A stretch of 64,000 nucleotides of DNA from Octopus bimaculoides (lineage: Eukaryota): positions 9,816,647 to 9,880,646 of the forward strand of contig NC_068992.1 of assembly GCF_001194135.2 (NCBI RefSeq), in the 5' to 3' direction. Each line of letters opens with the position of its first letter. Positions within the stretch are counted from its first letter, which is position 1. Position numbers and translations under genes: made by a program. Shown one piece after another: positions 45,868 through 60,600 of the stretch. Below the pieces are notes generated by a model. It had not been told where the DNA came from. It saw only the letters and a list, made by a program, of their open reading frames with translations, and did not search any database.

Positions 45868-47293
45868 ATGGGCTTCTTCCAGTTTCCGTCTACCAAATCC
45901 ACTCACAAGGCTTTGGTCAGCCCGAGGCCATAGTAGAAGACACTTGCCCAAGGTACCAAGCAGTGGGACTGAACCCGGGACCATGTGGTTGGTAAGCAAG
46001 CTACTTACCACACAGCAGTACAAAATAAAAACATTTTATATTCATTTAAAATCTCATGAATGAAAATTTTCAGTTATTTTTCTTCTTTCTATTTTTTTCT
46101 AATTATATTTTTGACTTATTTCAACTGAGTTTAAATCAAAAACATTTTACTTCATTTTTCTTTATGAATTTACTGCAATTTTATAAATATGAACATTTCA
46201 AAATAATAACAATTAATAAAGTTAACAGTATATGTTGATATTCTATTATTACTTTGAAAACCATAATTGTTAAACCATGAAATATGTAATTTCCTTTGAA
46301 ATTGTATTTATTAGGAAGTGTTTGATTGTTGAGTTGGTGTAAAACCTATATAGTTAATACTGAAGGGGTAGACTTAAGACAAACCATCTTAAAATAACTA
46401 TTCTTTGTTATACCCTTGTTGGTGGGATTTGAACTCAGAGTATAAAGAATAAAGCAACAAAATAAAAATGTGCAATAGCTTACCCAGATATAAAATCTCT
46501 CTTAATTTCAGAGGGTAACGAGGAATTCCTTAATTCTTGCTGCCCCGTCGTCTTTGTGGTGGCTGTACTTAGACACAATGTAGGGGACTTCAGGTCTGGA
46601 CCCTTATCATATAATGAACTGTACACAGCAGTAGATGTTGTCAATGCTGTAAGGCACTCACTCGTACTACGGTAACGGTTTGACTTGACATGTTTGTTGT
46701 TGTTGTTGTTGTTGTGTGAATCTGTCGTCACGTCAGTGGAACTCTGTTCATTTGACGCCTCACTGGAGATGGTTTCACATTCAGGACTGCTTTCGTTCAC
46801 ACACTCCTGACTTTCCGACTGCACTGAATTCTGTGTACCTTCTTCGGAAGTTGTTTCTTCATTGTTACCTTTATCACAACTAAACGTTGAGGAGATACTA
46901 GTCCTCTGCGATGGTGGATTCGAGGAGGTTTTGCTTTTCTCACTCGATTCTGTTGTAACTGCATTGCTTTTATCTTTACCAGGAGAACCAAATACAGACG
47001 ATGGCTTGTCTTGATCCTTGACTGGGGAAGTCTCCTTCCTTGAAGGTTTCCTTGCATCCTGTGTAAATAAATCAATAAAGCTCTCATTCAGTACACAGAA
47101 GAAGAAGGAGAGTTTAATTCTGCAAATGAATACGGAATTATTTTGGGAGAGATTACGATCTTAAAAAAAAAGAGACAATCTAAGATCTTGAAAAAAAAAA
47201 TGACGTTCAAGCAAGATCAATGTTGCTTATTTGTTAGTTTGACATTTTCTAGAAAGGTTTTAACAGTCAAAAGTCATTTTAGTACAACACTGA

Positions 47294-47330
<37 letters not shown>

Positions 47331-50300
47331 TGCAATGCTGTATCTGAAAGTATGTCTGTTTATCATCTGACTGTACATGAAAATTTTACCATCAGCTAAC
47401 TATCAGAGAGTTTGCCTTGAAGCATGAAACTAATAGTTTGATACAAAAGTGAACAGAACTAACACACACACTGAAATGTTAGCAGGAGCCATAGTTATTT
47501 CACCCACCTAGAAGGGTAGTATCTCTGAATAAGAACTGACTGATTTGTAACGATCTATTCAACCTATACCAGCATAGAAAGTGGATATTAAATAATGATG
47601 ATTTTATGGACCACATTTCATAAGGAAGTGTTTCTGAATCACTTTGCTAAAATAATATTCAATGAATAAAAAAAAAAAGACATACCTTGATGAATATCTG
47701 TATGCGTGGGACAAGCTTTTTGGCACAAAAAGTACAACTAATGAAAGATGAAAACAAAAAAATAAAAAGCACCATGTTATTTTGATATTTGTAATGTTAT
47801 TCAAGGTTAATTGCAAACATAAATTTCATTTAAAAGGTGACTAAAGACAAATAGTATGGACCAATGAGATTAACTAACCTTGTGTTTAGATTTGAATCAT
47901 CAGCAGACCAACCAGCCATAATCTCTTCGTCATAGAGCAGACAGAGACAATGTGGACAACGGCAGCAACTGGTCATCTCCACTTCAATAGCAATTTCTCC
48001 CATTTTCTCAAAGAAATCAAATAAGCCATAACTAAGGTAACTATCTGTGGATGTGCTTTTAGTTGAAGAATCGGAGAATTCCATCATAGGAATATCTTGC
48101 CCGGTAAATGTCGGAGAGGAAATTGAATCTTGAAAAGGTAAAAAGAAAAAGGCAAATTATATATAGACACCTGTGCATGTGTGTGTGTGTGTCTCAAAGA
48201 AGACACAAGCACTTTCACACACATGACGGAACTTCTGCCTGCCAAATTCACTCGCAATGCGACAGACTGAAGCATTGTGAGTAAATCTGGAAGGCTGCAG
48301 TTATATGTGCAAAGATGCGTGATGTGGTGATGTATGAGAAAAGTGAAATGAGATGAACTGAGTAAATTAAACAAAATAATGACAAAAAGAAAAAGAAAAA
48401 GATGTAAGAGTCAATGATATGCCTTACAGTTGGAGTTTACACAGAAAGCATGAAAACATGAGTATAGACAAATAAACGTTACAAACAGGACAGTAAAATG
48501 GGATATAAGACAAAATTGAAAGAAGTCCTTCATCGGCCCTCAACTAAACATACTATGGTTTGAACACACGTGAGAGGATGTGGGCACCATACTTTGTTTA
48601 GTAGTGTTTAATAGCCACAGCTGGAAGCTGTCAGGGATAAATATTACAGAATGAAATGATAGAAATAAAAGAGACAAAACATAAAAGACAAGATACGTGA
48701 ACAGCCTTTCAAACCACAAATGGAGCAAACAAGCAAGTGTGTGTGTGTGTGTGCGTGCACACACACACACACAAACATTTGTTTACATTTATTGAAATAG
48801 ATCAAATCAAGTTGAAAAGTGAAGTTAAGATTTGATTAAATATTTATAATAAATTGATTGAATATACATACTAAAAATACTGAAAATAATTTATATAACA
48901 ACACATTTCTCCTAAATCAAATATTTCTGTTAGCTTACTGTTGCTAGAATAAAGCATAAAGATTCATTAAAATAATGATTTATGTGCAAATTAAGGGGAC
49001 CATATTGCTTTCTTTTCAAAACACATCAACTAGAATTGTCTTTCAGCATTTCAGTTTTAAAAGATTTAACTGGGCATCTATAAACAATGGACTAAACTTG
49101 GTTGCCAAGAGAAACACTTTACTTACAGTTGCCTAATTGTATCAGAAATCAGAGTAGGCACTCACTGAGATACAAAAGTGTAACACAAAGATATTGGCCC
49201 TTGATGTCTACAGATGGGCCACAACAGCTGAGAACAAATTCACTTCTGATACTATGTCCCACGAGATTTCTTATGGGTAGCCATTGCCAACTGTTAGTAG
49301 ACTATGACACAACCTAAGGTGACGATATTTATGAGTGTTTGTTGAATTGCAAAGAGCATCAGTGAAAACATGAGCATACAAAAATTAAAAAACAACAACA
49401 ACAAAAAAAGCATGAATACACACCATGAGAAGACTGTCGTCTGTTTTCAGTCAAAGCTTCATTAAGGCAGTTATCAGTTCGACTGAGAAAATCTAAACTC
49501 CCTGACATTCTTTGCTTAAGTCCAGAGAGGCCGTCATGATTATCTTCGTCACCAGTGCCGCTATCTCTGTCTTCAGAAGGAGTCAGGGAGAGATTAGATC
49601 CAGAATGACCAGGCTGGGTGATGGATTGTTTCAGCTCATTCAGTTTGTTCAATACAAGAGACGCAGACTTCAATACACCACTCAACATTTCATTACGCCG
49701 GCGAAGACTATTAGTTCGTCGTAACTTAGTGTCCTGTGAGCGATCTACTTTTCCGGCTTCGTCCAACGACAAAGTAGAAGAAATCTTTGATTTCTTTTGA
49801 GGTGTTTGATGATTAAAATTAGCTTTGACTGAATCGGCAAGACAGTCAGGGGAGCTACTAGTCCGTCCCAGATCGCCAAGTTTGCGATTACCTGTGTCAT
49901 ACCTTATGTTCACTAAATCTTCATCATCCATCCCCTCTTCATGCAATGTGCTGCACAAACTACTAGTCCGAATATCAAACAATGTCCTTTCAGGACTTAC
50001 CTTTTGTACAAGAGATTTTTTAGAAAATGAACTAGAGGGCTTTGTAGGGGAGACGGGAGAAGAATTGTTATTCATTTCACTTTCATTGCTATCAAATAAA
50101 CCCAAAGGATCGTTTTCTGTTATGGGAGCACTAAATGAAGAAGACAAAGGTATTGAACTCTTAGTGGGGCTTTTAGTAGTGGATTTACTATCAGTTTCAT
50201 CAGTAGGAGTAGCTTCTTCACTTGGTTCCTTTTCACTAGGTAACTGTTGCACAGTCTCATTCTGATTGGCCTCATCTGAAATGATTCCACTGTCTTCAAT

Positions 50301-53300
50301 ACTAGGGTTTGCAAGGAGACAAGCCTCTACTGTTTTCTGTTCAATGGACTCGCTAACTTTCTCTTTCTTAGTAAGGTCAGAGAAACGCATTGAGAAAGCG
50401 TTTGCACTACTCCAAGATGGTCTCCAATTCGAGAACATGCTGTTGGAACGCGTTTTTAAATGGTGGTCTCCGGCACTCTTGTGTCTCTTACGTTTTGCTT
50501 CCATTTCTAGATCATGCAAGTTGTAATTGAAGTTGTTATTCTTCAAAATAGAATCACTGACCATCAGTACACCAGCAGAACTACCAACTGTTAAAAAGGA
50601 GAACGAAAAAAAAAAAAAATCACATTTGATAGAGTAATGAGATCTAAACAAATAAAAAAACTACAATGTTACACATAAAACAAATATGCCATTAACAAAT
50701 ATTCAAATTTCAACAAGAGCACTCAGAGAGTGCAAACCTCCACCAAGGCAACACCAACATCCTCTCAACTATTAGCCAGAGATGGATTTTAAAATGAGAA
50801 CATCTGAAATAAACTCGACTGCTCTCACAAACGAGAATACTAAAAATGAACCTGGGAGCTCAAAATTGAGTAAAAAAAAAAACTGGAAAAATAATCCAGA
50901 ATCCTTGTCCGGTACTGGATCAATCCCAAAATCTAATCAGTTCATGCTAGTCACCAGGCCAAACATCCCTCAAAGTTTCATCTGAATCCATCCAGCAGTT
51001 CTTGAGATATCTTGTCCATGGAAAAACAAACAAACATGACTGAAAACATTATCCCTGCCTTCGCTAAACCAGAGGTAATAACACTAATTAATATATAATA
51101 AAACATTGAAAACAGTTTATTTACTACTAAAAAAAGAAAATGCAAATAAAAATATTATTATTTATTACCACTCTGGATTTATGTGTTAATTCTATTAACT
51201 TTCTGTCACATCTTTCTCAACAATTCTAAGAGAAAACAATATTAGGAAAAAGAACCAACATTTTACTGTATTTCCTGACATACAAATCAACATAGAATAT
51301 AGTGTAAACATGTTAACATCCAAACATAGTCAATATCTTTCCAAATTCTTTCACATGGAATTTTTGGGCCTCCAAAATCATTTTGATACATAAGTCAACC
51401 TACCTTTTTTTTTTGTTGCAAATTTTGGTCTTAAAAATTTGACTTGCATGTTAGAAAATACAGTAATTTGCAAATGAAAACTGGACAGCAGTTTTTATAA
51501 GGAAATGGAAACAGAAAAAGATATTTACAGAGGTTTGTTTTCAATGTTTCAAGACTTTCAGTACTGGTGATATTTTTAGCTGATCTTCTCATAATGCTGC
51601 CAACACGAGTTCGGAACTGAGAGCCAATGAAGTTATTATTGGAATGGGAACTATCAGAGCTGTTGGAATTTGCTAGTGCTGGAAAAAGAATAAGTAAAAA
51701 AAAAATATTTATAAGTTTAATGAACTGAAAAAAAATGGGAAAAGTTCATTAATAAAAAACCTTAAAAAATATTTGCAAATGTGCAAAAACTACTACTACT
51801 ACTACCATGTCCCTAACAGACAGAAAAATTACAGCTAATGTCCCTAAATGTGGCAGAAGAATTACAGCCAAGTAAGGAATGAGAGAATATTAAAAATGTA
51901 ATTTCCTTATTTCATAGTCTCAAAATTAATTCCTGATGATAACAGGAAAACTTTAACTTTTAAAGCACTTAACATCATCAACATGTCCTCCAGGCAGTTA
52001 ATGGTATGACTGTGATTCCAAAGTAATGTGGTTTTAAGGCAGGTAACATCAATGTGATTTTAGTAAAAGAGAAAAAAATAGAGATTATCAATCTGAACAT
52101 ATTTCCAAAAGTATTATTGACTAATTAGAATGGTTAAGGTTTGTAATTATAACAAATTACAAACTAACCATTAATACTGGGTGTTAAACTATAACATTGG
52201 ATTCCTTAAATGTTATATCAAACATATTACAATAGTTTAAAAAACACAAACAAACAAAACTAGTAATGTCAATTTTGGACATTATAATACAACTTGTGGA
52301 AGAAAATACAAAACAATGCTTTAGAACATTTTCTTGGTCTAATAATGTGATAGATGCAGTTAAAACACTGACAATTTATTAGTCTTTAAAAATTGATTTC
52401 AAAAGGCACTGGCACATGGTCACATGTTAGGGGTTAGACTGAGTGGGGTATAGTTGAGTGATTCAAACTCAGTACTTGATCAATACTTAATTTTAGTGAC
52501 CCAGGATGGATAAAAGGTGAATTAACCTTGGAGAGATTTGAATTTGGAAAGTAAAATAACAAAATACCAAAAGGTATTTCTGTTTCACACAACCCTTTAT
52601 CATTTAAACTGGCCAGATCTAGCCAAAATTTTCTTCAAATAACTAGACCTGGCCTCTCACACATACCCTACAATGTCAATCTAAAAATGAACAGCCATGA
52701 CATAATGCACGATTAATTCAAAACAATGTGGATAAATAAGAATTACAGTTGACAGAATAATCTGAACGCTAAAGGGTTAAATGAATGCATGAATGTTTTC
52801 ATCTTCATGGTAAGGGCCAGGGGTGTTGAACAGACCCTGCTTCACCACAGACTGTTGTCTCATGCTGCAGCTGTACCCTCTGCCAGGGGTCTCCCCTTTC
52901 AGTCCCTGATGCCATCACTTTGTCCTCATCTCTATCAAAGGCAAACCTGTTTTCCATCCACCCAGCCACTTGAGGGTGTGAACACAGCAGCTCTGAGCTC
53001 TGATAATATGACCAAAATAAGGCAGTTTTCACAGACTGATCAATGTCGCCAGATTTTGGTTCACTTCCATCGCTTTCAAGACAATTCTTCTTTCTATGGG
53101 TCACCCAACTGGTCTGTGTACTTGCCTGGACTGCATTGTCTCAAACATCCTCAATCAATCTACTAGTCTCTAATTATTAAAGCAATTAACTTAATAGTAC
53201 TAATATCAATAACGAAAAGATATTTTTTTTAATCTTTCATGTCTCTCAGATCTCAAAAAGGTTCCATAATCAGACAAAGTTTCAACAATTGCAAATGCAA

Positions 53301-56300
53301 TTTATCTTCAAAATATTTTATATTGAAAAGTTATTCAAAAGAATTAAAAGATGATAAAAAACAGAAAGAAAAATACTGCAATTTCTTTCTTTTTTTTTTT
53401 TTTTTTTTTTTGTAAAGAAAACACAAAACATGAAATGATTTCTTTGAGAAACATTAAACAATAAAGAAATAAGTTATCCAAACATAAAGTGAAGAAATAC
53501 GAGACGTTTAAAGAAAACATAGAATAATGAACATCAAGGAATAGATTGTAAGTTAAAGCCAGTCCAAGTAAAATGGCAGGACAAGAAATTCTGGAACAAC
53601 AAAGAAAAAAAAAAAAAACCAATACAATCTCTTTCACCTGATAATTCTTCAGTAGTGCTTTTACTTCTGATCTTCCAGCATATACTGGAGCGAGAGTGTT
53701 TGGAATCTTTTGTCTTACTGGAATTATTAGTGTTATGCTGCTGCTGCCGAGCCTGTTCTGCTGAGGAAAGGGCTCCGTATAGGGTCTTGGCATCTTCTTG
53801 AGTCATAGAGCTATAACCTCTATCTGATGCTCCCCCTGAAACCATCAGAACACATTCTCAGCATGGAGAGAGAAGGATTTACAATAGCATAGTGGCATGC
53901 AGAGTACAGCAGCAACTGTTTTGAAATAGCACATGGGCATGCATTAACAAACATAAATGCTTGACGGAAAGATAAGATTACAAACAACTTCATTTCAAGG
54001 CAAACATCCTTGAGTTGCTCAATATTATAATAAATATCATAAATGAATAATGAATATGACAGAGCAAGATTATAAACAAGTATCGCTGTGAACCAATATT
54101 ACAACAAATGTAATAATGAATCAATGCTGTAATAAAGATAATAAAATCAATATAATAAAGACTTGATACTTTACAACAAATATAAATATCAATATTACAA
54201 TAACTAATCAATATATCAAGATGTTGTGGTGGCATGGAATATTTTTATGAATCGTTATAACAAATCAATAATATAAGAACTCATAAAGCACTGTATTTTC
54301 TAAATGTATGCCAAGTTAAAAAAAGAAAGTTAAATACCAAACAGATATTGCTGTAAGAATATTTATAAATCCTGTTAATCAACAATTCACTTCTACAAAA
54401 TAAATAAAATTATTTTGGATCTATGATGCCATACTGCAATAAACCAAGTAACATTTAGCAGAGATGTTGAAATAAGGTACTGGACTACCTGGTTTATAAA
54501 AATCAGGTGTTTCATCATATTTTGGAACTATTTTACCTTGCTGCAATTCACCTGTCTAGAAGTGGCATCTGATAAATCGGATAGGTTCTTGTAAGACATT
54601 GATGACATAGCTGAGGGGAGATTACTATTTCTCTTCCAATTAAAACTGACAATTCTTAAAAATCTACCTGACGTTCATAACGTATTTACATTTATATTTG
54701 TATTTGGCGTTAAGAAAGAGCATCCAGCTTTTTAACCACATTGTTCCTGGTTCAGTTCCACTGCGTGGCACTTAGGGCAAATGTCTTCTACTACAACCCT
54801 GGGCCAGCCATAGCCTTGTGAGTGGATATGGTAGAGGGAAACCGAAAGAAGACCATTGTAAATAAATGCATCTATGTGTGTCTCTTTAGTGTTTGCTCCA
54901 CATCACTGCTTGACAAATAGTGTTGGTTTGTTAATGCTCCTATAACTTAGCGATTCAGCATAAGAGAGTGACAGAATAAGTACCAGACTTATAAAAAAAA
55001 AATATTAGTGTTGATTCGTTTGACTGAAAATTCAAGGCAGTGTCCCCAGCATAGCTGTAGTCAAACGACTGAAACGAGTCAATGACAAAAAGATAAAAAA
55101 ACATAGAAAAGGAATTTAGTGAAAAATCCACGTTTCCCTTACCTGTACTCATTCTTTCTTCATTAGCTACTTTATTAGAACAAGTCACAACCATATCAGA
55201 ACCAAGATCTGTTTTGGCAATAATTCTATTACCCGTGGTGCCACCACTGTTAGCATCAGTGCTACTGACTGCAGCTTCATCTATGCAGCTGTCATTGCTG
55301 GTGTGGCTGACTTGGTCGAAATCACTTTCAGAGTTATAGCAGTAAGCTGTGCTACTTCGTTGGTGCAACAAACCCTTTCGCAACTGTGCAATAGCTGTAA
55401 TCACATTACGCAATTTCTTCCATAGCAGTAAACCATTCTTGGTATCACTCGGCCATTTGCTCTCAAGGACAGCCTAAATTAAAATAAATTAAAAACGGTA
55501 AATAAAAAGAAAAAAAAAAACCTTTCAGTTACCATATTTCTAGTGAAACACAGTTTTTTTGTTTGAATTAAATTTGAAAATAATGAGTTTAGAAAAATAA
55601 CTTTGTCACAAAATTAAGTTGGCATTTGGAAAATCAATTAACATGGAAGTCTGATGGGAAGTTTTAATTTACATAACTTTAGAAAGAAAAATTTGTACGA
55701 TAGAACTAAGGACAGTATTTGGCAGGTTGGAATGAAAAGGGTTAAAGTGAATAAAAAAAACAAAGTGATGCTGACCTTGTTGTAATATCCATAAGTAATG
55801 GCATTTGGCTGGACACCTACACGCTTCATCTCACAAAGTACCATAACAGCAAGAGTGGGCTCGTTATACTGACCACACAGCTGCAATACTACTCGATAAC
55901 AAACCTGCAAATATTAGGTTCACATTATTTGGTGGTAATGCTAATAAAATCAACACACAAAAGTCATTCCTAGTTTGGAAATTACATTAAATGTATTGTA
56001 ATGAGAATAAAAAGCATTTTGAAAACTAAAAAGAAATTGCCCCAAGACAAATACCATCTCCAATTTCTTTGATAAAATTAATTCCACAAGTATTTCACAG
56101 TGAAAACAATTGCCTCAGGAAAAGCTAGTATATTTATTACGCCATACATAGATAAATAAAGGTGAAGCTAGATCCTCCCACCACAAAACTTGACTACAAT
56201 CACAACAGAAAATTGTTGTTATAAAAGTTGCCAAATGTTTTCAATGACAAGAAGCCATTTTGACCAGGGAAAATTTGAGTCAAAATAAATAGTTTTTATT

Positions 56301-57634
56301 TTCAACATAAGAGAAAATCAGCATACATTTAAAAATTTATTTCATAAAGAGGAGGAAGAGAAAAAACAAAAACAATGTTTAAATATGTAAGATTAAAAAG
56401 TAATTTTAGTTCTTTCAAGAAATGTTTTGTGAAAATAAGCAGACTTACTTCATCAGGACGGATATCTTTTACTGTATTCATCTTTTGCAAGATGTCGTAA
56501 GCTAGTCTAAGGGCTCTCGGCTTTGACTGGCTGAGCTTCACAAATGCAGGTAAATGAATAAACCACAAACAATAACAATGTCCAAGTAGACATTTCGCCC
56601 ATAAATCAGGAGATCCAACTTGCTGCTGGGCAATCTGGATGAAAAGAACAATTGAATTTCATGCAGGTTTACAATCAAATGATATACAGAAAAAAAAAAA
56701 TTATAAAATGTTTATCCAAAAGTGGAATTCTCTGGAAGGACATAAACTATTGAAATTAATTTTAAAAACACATTTCTGTTTTCTTCAATTGCATCTCATC
56801 CTATATTCACATGCACAAAGTTTCCTAATAAGTTAACCAATAAACTAAAACTTATCAAAACAGCCTGGTAGATTAAAGAATATGAGAAATGTATTAAAAA
56901 GGTTGCTTTAATTGCAACTGTTTTTTTCATTAAACAAAGCAAACCTTAATGTGTATCAAGTCTCCATGTTCATTTTGTCTCTAAAAGTGCACTAACAAGA
57001 CATCATTAGTGAATTCCATTTCATGTATGCATGGACATGCATACACACACACACATCCAAAAAACAGATAAAAACAGGCAGTGGTTTGTTTTGTGTCTTT
57101 TGTAGATTGTTCTTGCTTAATTAGGGACCCCAACAGGGCTGGCATATTCCATGAGGTTTGTAATGTTTCTTGGGCCAAAAGCAGTAACACTAAATGCACT
57201 ATGTCTCTGCATGGTTTTGCTTTCTTTGCCAAGTTTTGGGAATGTTCTAGGATGAGTGTTGTATGTAACCTTTAGTAATTTTGTCTTTCGTAGGTATAAT
57301 ACTCTTATATAGAGGAAGCCACATATCTCCTCTACAGCAAGAAACCTGTTACTGCCCTTTCATTTATACTTTAACCTTTCAACTCTCTCACTAAAGTTGA
57401 GAGGGCTCTTTCGTCTTGTGAATTACATGACAACCTTACTAGGGTTGGTGCCCCAACAAAAAGAAAAAAAGAAAAGAAAAAAAAGAAAGAAAAAACAGTA
57501 TATTCTATGAAGTGGTTAAGATGAGGAAGAGATGCCAACTGGAGAAACCACAACAAAATATACATTGAAACACAATGCTATCCGCCAACCTGTTTTGATA
57601 CTCCAGCATAGGAAACGGACATTAAATGATGATG

Positions 57635-57678
<44 letters not shown>

Positions 57679-60600
57679 CACAAATAAAATGGGATGAAAA
57701 TATTGTTTACCTTCTGTGCCATGCGCACTTCTTGCTTGGTACGTTTTGCAATCGGACTGTTTGGACAGGCAGACTGTTTACCAGCTAAAGACGAAGTGCT
57801 AGATTTCTTTAACAGAAACAACTCTGGCTTCAATTCTGGAAAACCATTGTAACTACAAAAGAATAAAATGAACATTTAAAATTTTTTTTTGTTTCTAAAT
57901 ATGAATATCAAATTGAACAGAGAAAAAAATTTATTGTCCGTGTAAGCGACGACCGTGCGAACTCAAAAAGGAGAAATGGTGACGAATGGAAGAACAGAGG
58001 ACTCCTTTTATTTAAACGTGTCACACGGTCGAACACATAATTATATATCAAATGATGATGATACACATGAAATGTTATGCTACGATAACATAGATGACCA
58101 GTAATGAAAGACCACAACCGTATAAGATGAATAACAGAGATATTTATTGTAGCGTTAAAGATGTATCTCTGTGTGAGAGTGTGAATGCGACATATAAGAA
58201 CATTATCAAAGACAGGCCGTCATACAAAGAAAAGTATGTATGTGAATGATACATGTATGTGTATGTGAGTTATTACAGCAAATAGAAAGAGTCAATAACA
58301 CATGAGCAATTATACCAGTTCTTTAGTACACTATAGGAAAAGTTCTGTAGGTGAAGTGAGTTGGCTGAGTGTGGCAGTGCTGATCACTAGTTGTGATGTC
58401 GTGGCATCGATGCCGGGCCGTGATTCTTGTNNNNNNNNNNNNNNNNNNNNNNNNNNNNNNNNNNNNNNNNNNNNNNNNNNNNNNNNNNNNNNNNNNNNNN
58501 NNNNNNNNNNNNNNNNNNNNNNNNNNNNNNNNNNNNNNNNNNNNNNNNNNNNNNNNNNNNNNNNNNNNNNNNNNNNNNNNNNNNNNNNNNNNNNNNNNNN
58601 NNNNNNNNNNNNNNNNNNNNNNNNNNNNNNNNNNNNNNNNNNNNNNNNNNNNNNNNNNNNNNNNNNNNNNNNNNNNNNNNNNNNNNNNNNNNNNNNNNNN
58701 NNNNNNNNNNNNNNNNNNNNNNNNNNNNNNNNNNNNNNNNNNNNNNNNNNNNNNNNNNNNNNNNNNNNNNNNNNNNNNNGGGGTACGAGTTGATCTATAT
58801 ATAGCGTTAAGAGGGCTCCAAATGCCTTCAGAATTTTACTCTATCACGTGACCTTATTAGGGGCCGTGATTGGTCAGTTTGCGTTCTGGCGGGAAAGGTT
58901 CGAAGAAGTTGCCGATTCGAATAATAATCAGTCACGTGATGACAAGGAATGGGTTCTCTACTACGCTCGCATTTATTTATATTTAAATGAGAAGATTGTA
59001 TGTAATGGCGATAGTAGTTTGTATCTAATGGCGGGAGGTAGTTTCACTACAGTCCACATAAAAAATTCATCTACTTCACACCAATGAACCAAACTACAGC
59101 TCTTCATGCACTGTGCCTGCTTGTCTGTCTGTCTCTCCCATACACACTCCTGTAGCTCAATGTTGCTCTGTCATTTCTTTCTAATATCCTAACCCCTACC
59201 AACTTCATCATTGCTATCCTGTTGCTCCCCTATATCCCCATGTTTCACCCCCTCATTACATTCCCCTTTCTCTCCCATGAACTCCCAGCTCATTCAGCCT
59301 GTTCAGTCCTCTACCATTCCATTTACTTTTACCTCCTTGTATCTTGAGGTTACACCTGGTATGTCACAACCATCTTTCTCATTCTCTCTCTCTCTCTGAC
59401 TCCAGTAACCATGCATCTTCTCTTCCACCTGACACCTGTTTCTGACCCTCTCTCAGAGTTTTACCTCACATCACCTGGCACAAAATTACCTCCCTTGATA
59501 CCACTCTCACCTCTCAGTTGAGGGGGGCCTTTGGTTTACAAGTTACTTGGTGACCTCAGTGGTGCTTGTGCCATGTAAAAAGCACCCAGTACACTCTGTA
59601 AAGGGGTCAGTGTTATGAAGAGCAACCAGCCATAGAAACCATACCAAAGCAGTCAGTAGAGCTTGGTACTGTTCTCTGGTTTGCCCCGATCCTGTCAAAC
59701 TGTCCAACCCAAGCCAACATGGAAAACCGGACATTAAACACTGATGACATAAACAATGAATAAAGTTAAAGGATTAGGGACAGAATGCTGTACGCAATCA
59801 ATCGCTAATCTAATGAAATCTCCTTTAAAGTTTAAGAAAAGAAAAGACTTGTTAGGGCAAGGATGCTGGTGTGTAGTTGTGCTCAAAATTGAGTGACAGC
59901 CCTTATTTGTCAGATAACCATGCATCTTAGTGGAAGAACAAAAAAAAGACATGGGGAAAAGGGAGTCTGGATCTCAGATTGTTAGACCTCATAAACCTAA
60001 CACAGGATGAAGTAGCGATAATAAGATGCATTTGCAGATCTGTTCAATGAATGTCAGCAGAGAATAAATTAACATAACTTTATATGCTGCTTGTTGCTGC
60101 TGAAATTGGTTAACAATATTGTGTGTATGATAATAAAGAGAAAGCTAATTTTACCTGTATGTGGCCCCTTCTGGCAGTCCAGATGGCTCAGGTGGCAAAA
60201 TAAACACAGTTCTTTCACTAGAAAACAAAACAAACATTAATTAGATTATATTTACCGAGAAACTGATTTAGAAATTCAAATTACAGAAATTATATCTTTA
60301 ATGGTGAGGTAATTTCACAACATATTTTATCATTGCTAATAAAACTTACATCCAGAATAGCACAATGCGTATGTGTTGAGTGTGTGAAAGCAAGGAGGAG
60401 GAAGCAGTTGGTGACTGAGATGAGGTAATTAAGCAATATCATTTAAAAATCAACCCTATTCTTACCCATTGCTACAATGGTTAAGTTCTTCCTATTTCAG
60501 TTAGTTAAGTGAAAAAAAAAAGGGGGGGGGGCAGAAAAGTAAAGACTTTAACTATCAAAGACCCTAATGTTGAAACCTACACAGAACACATCCACTGATG

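Noticed and set aside
47059-47159. Open reading frame continuing upstream of the 575-nt DENND4 exon to an AG at 47161-47160
   Set aside because: Use of that acceptor after the phase-0 donor at 47686 gives a different frame with a stop; the sequence reads like a polypyrimidine tract.
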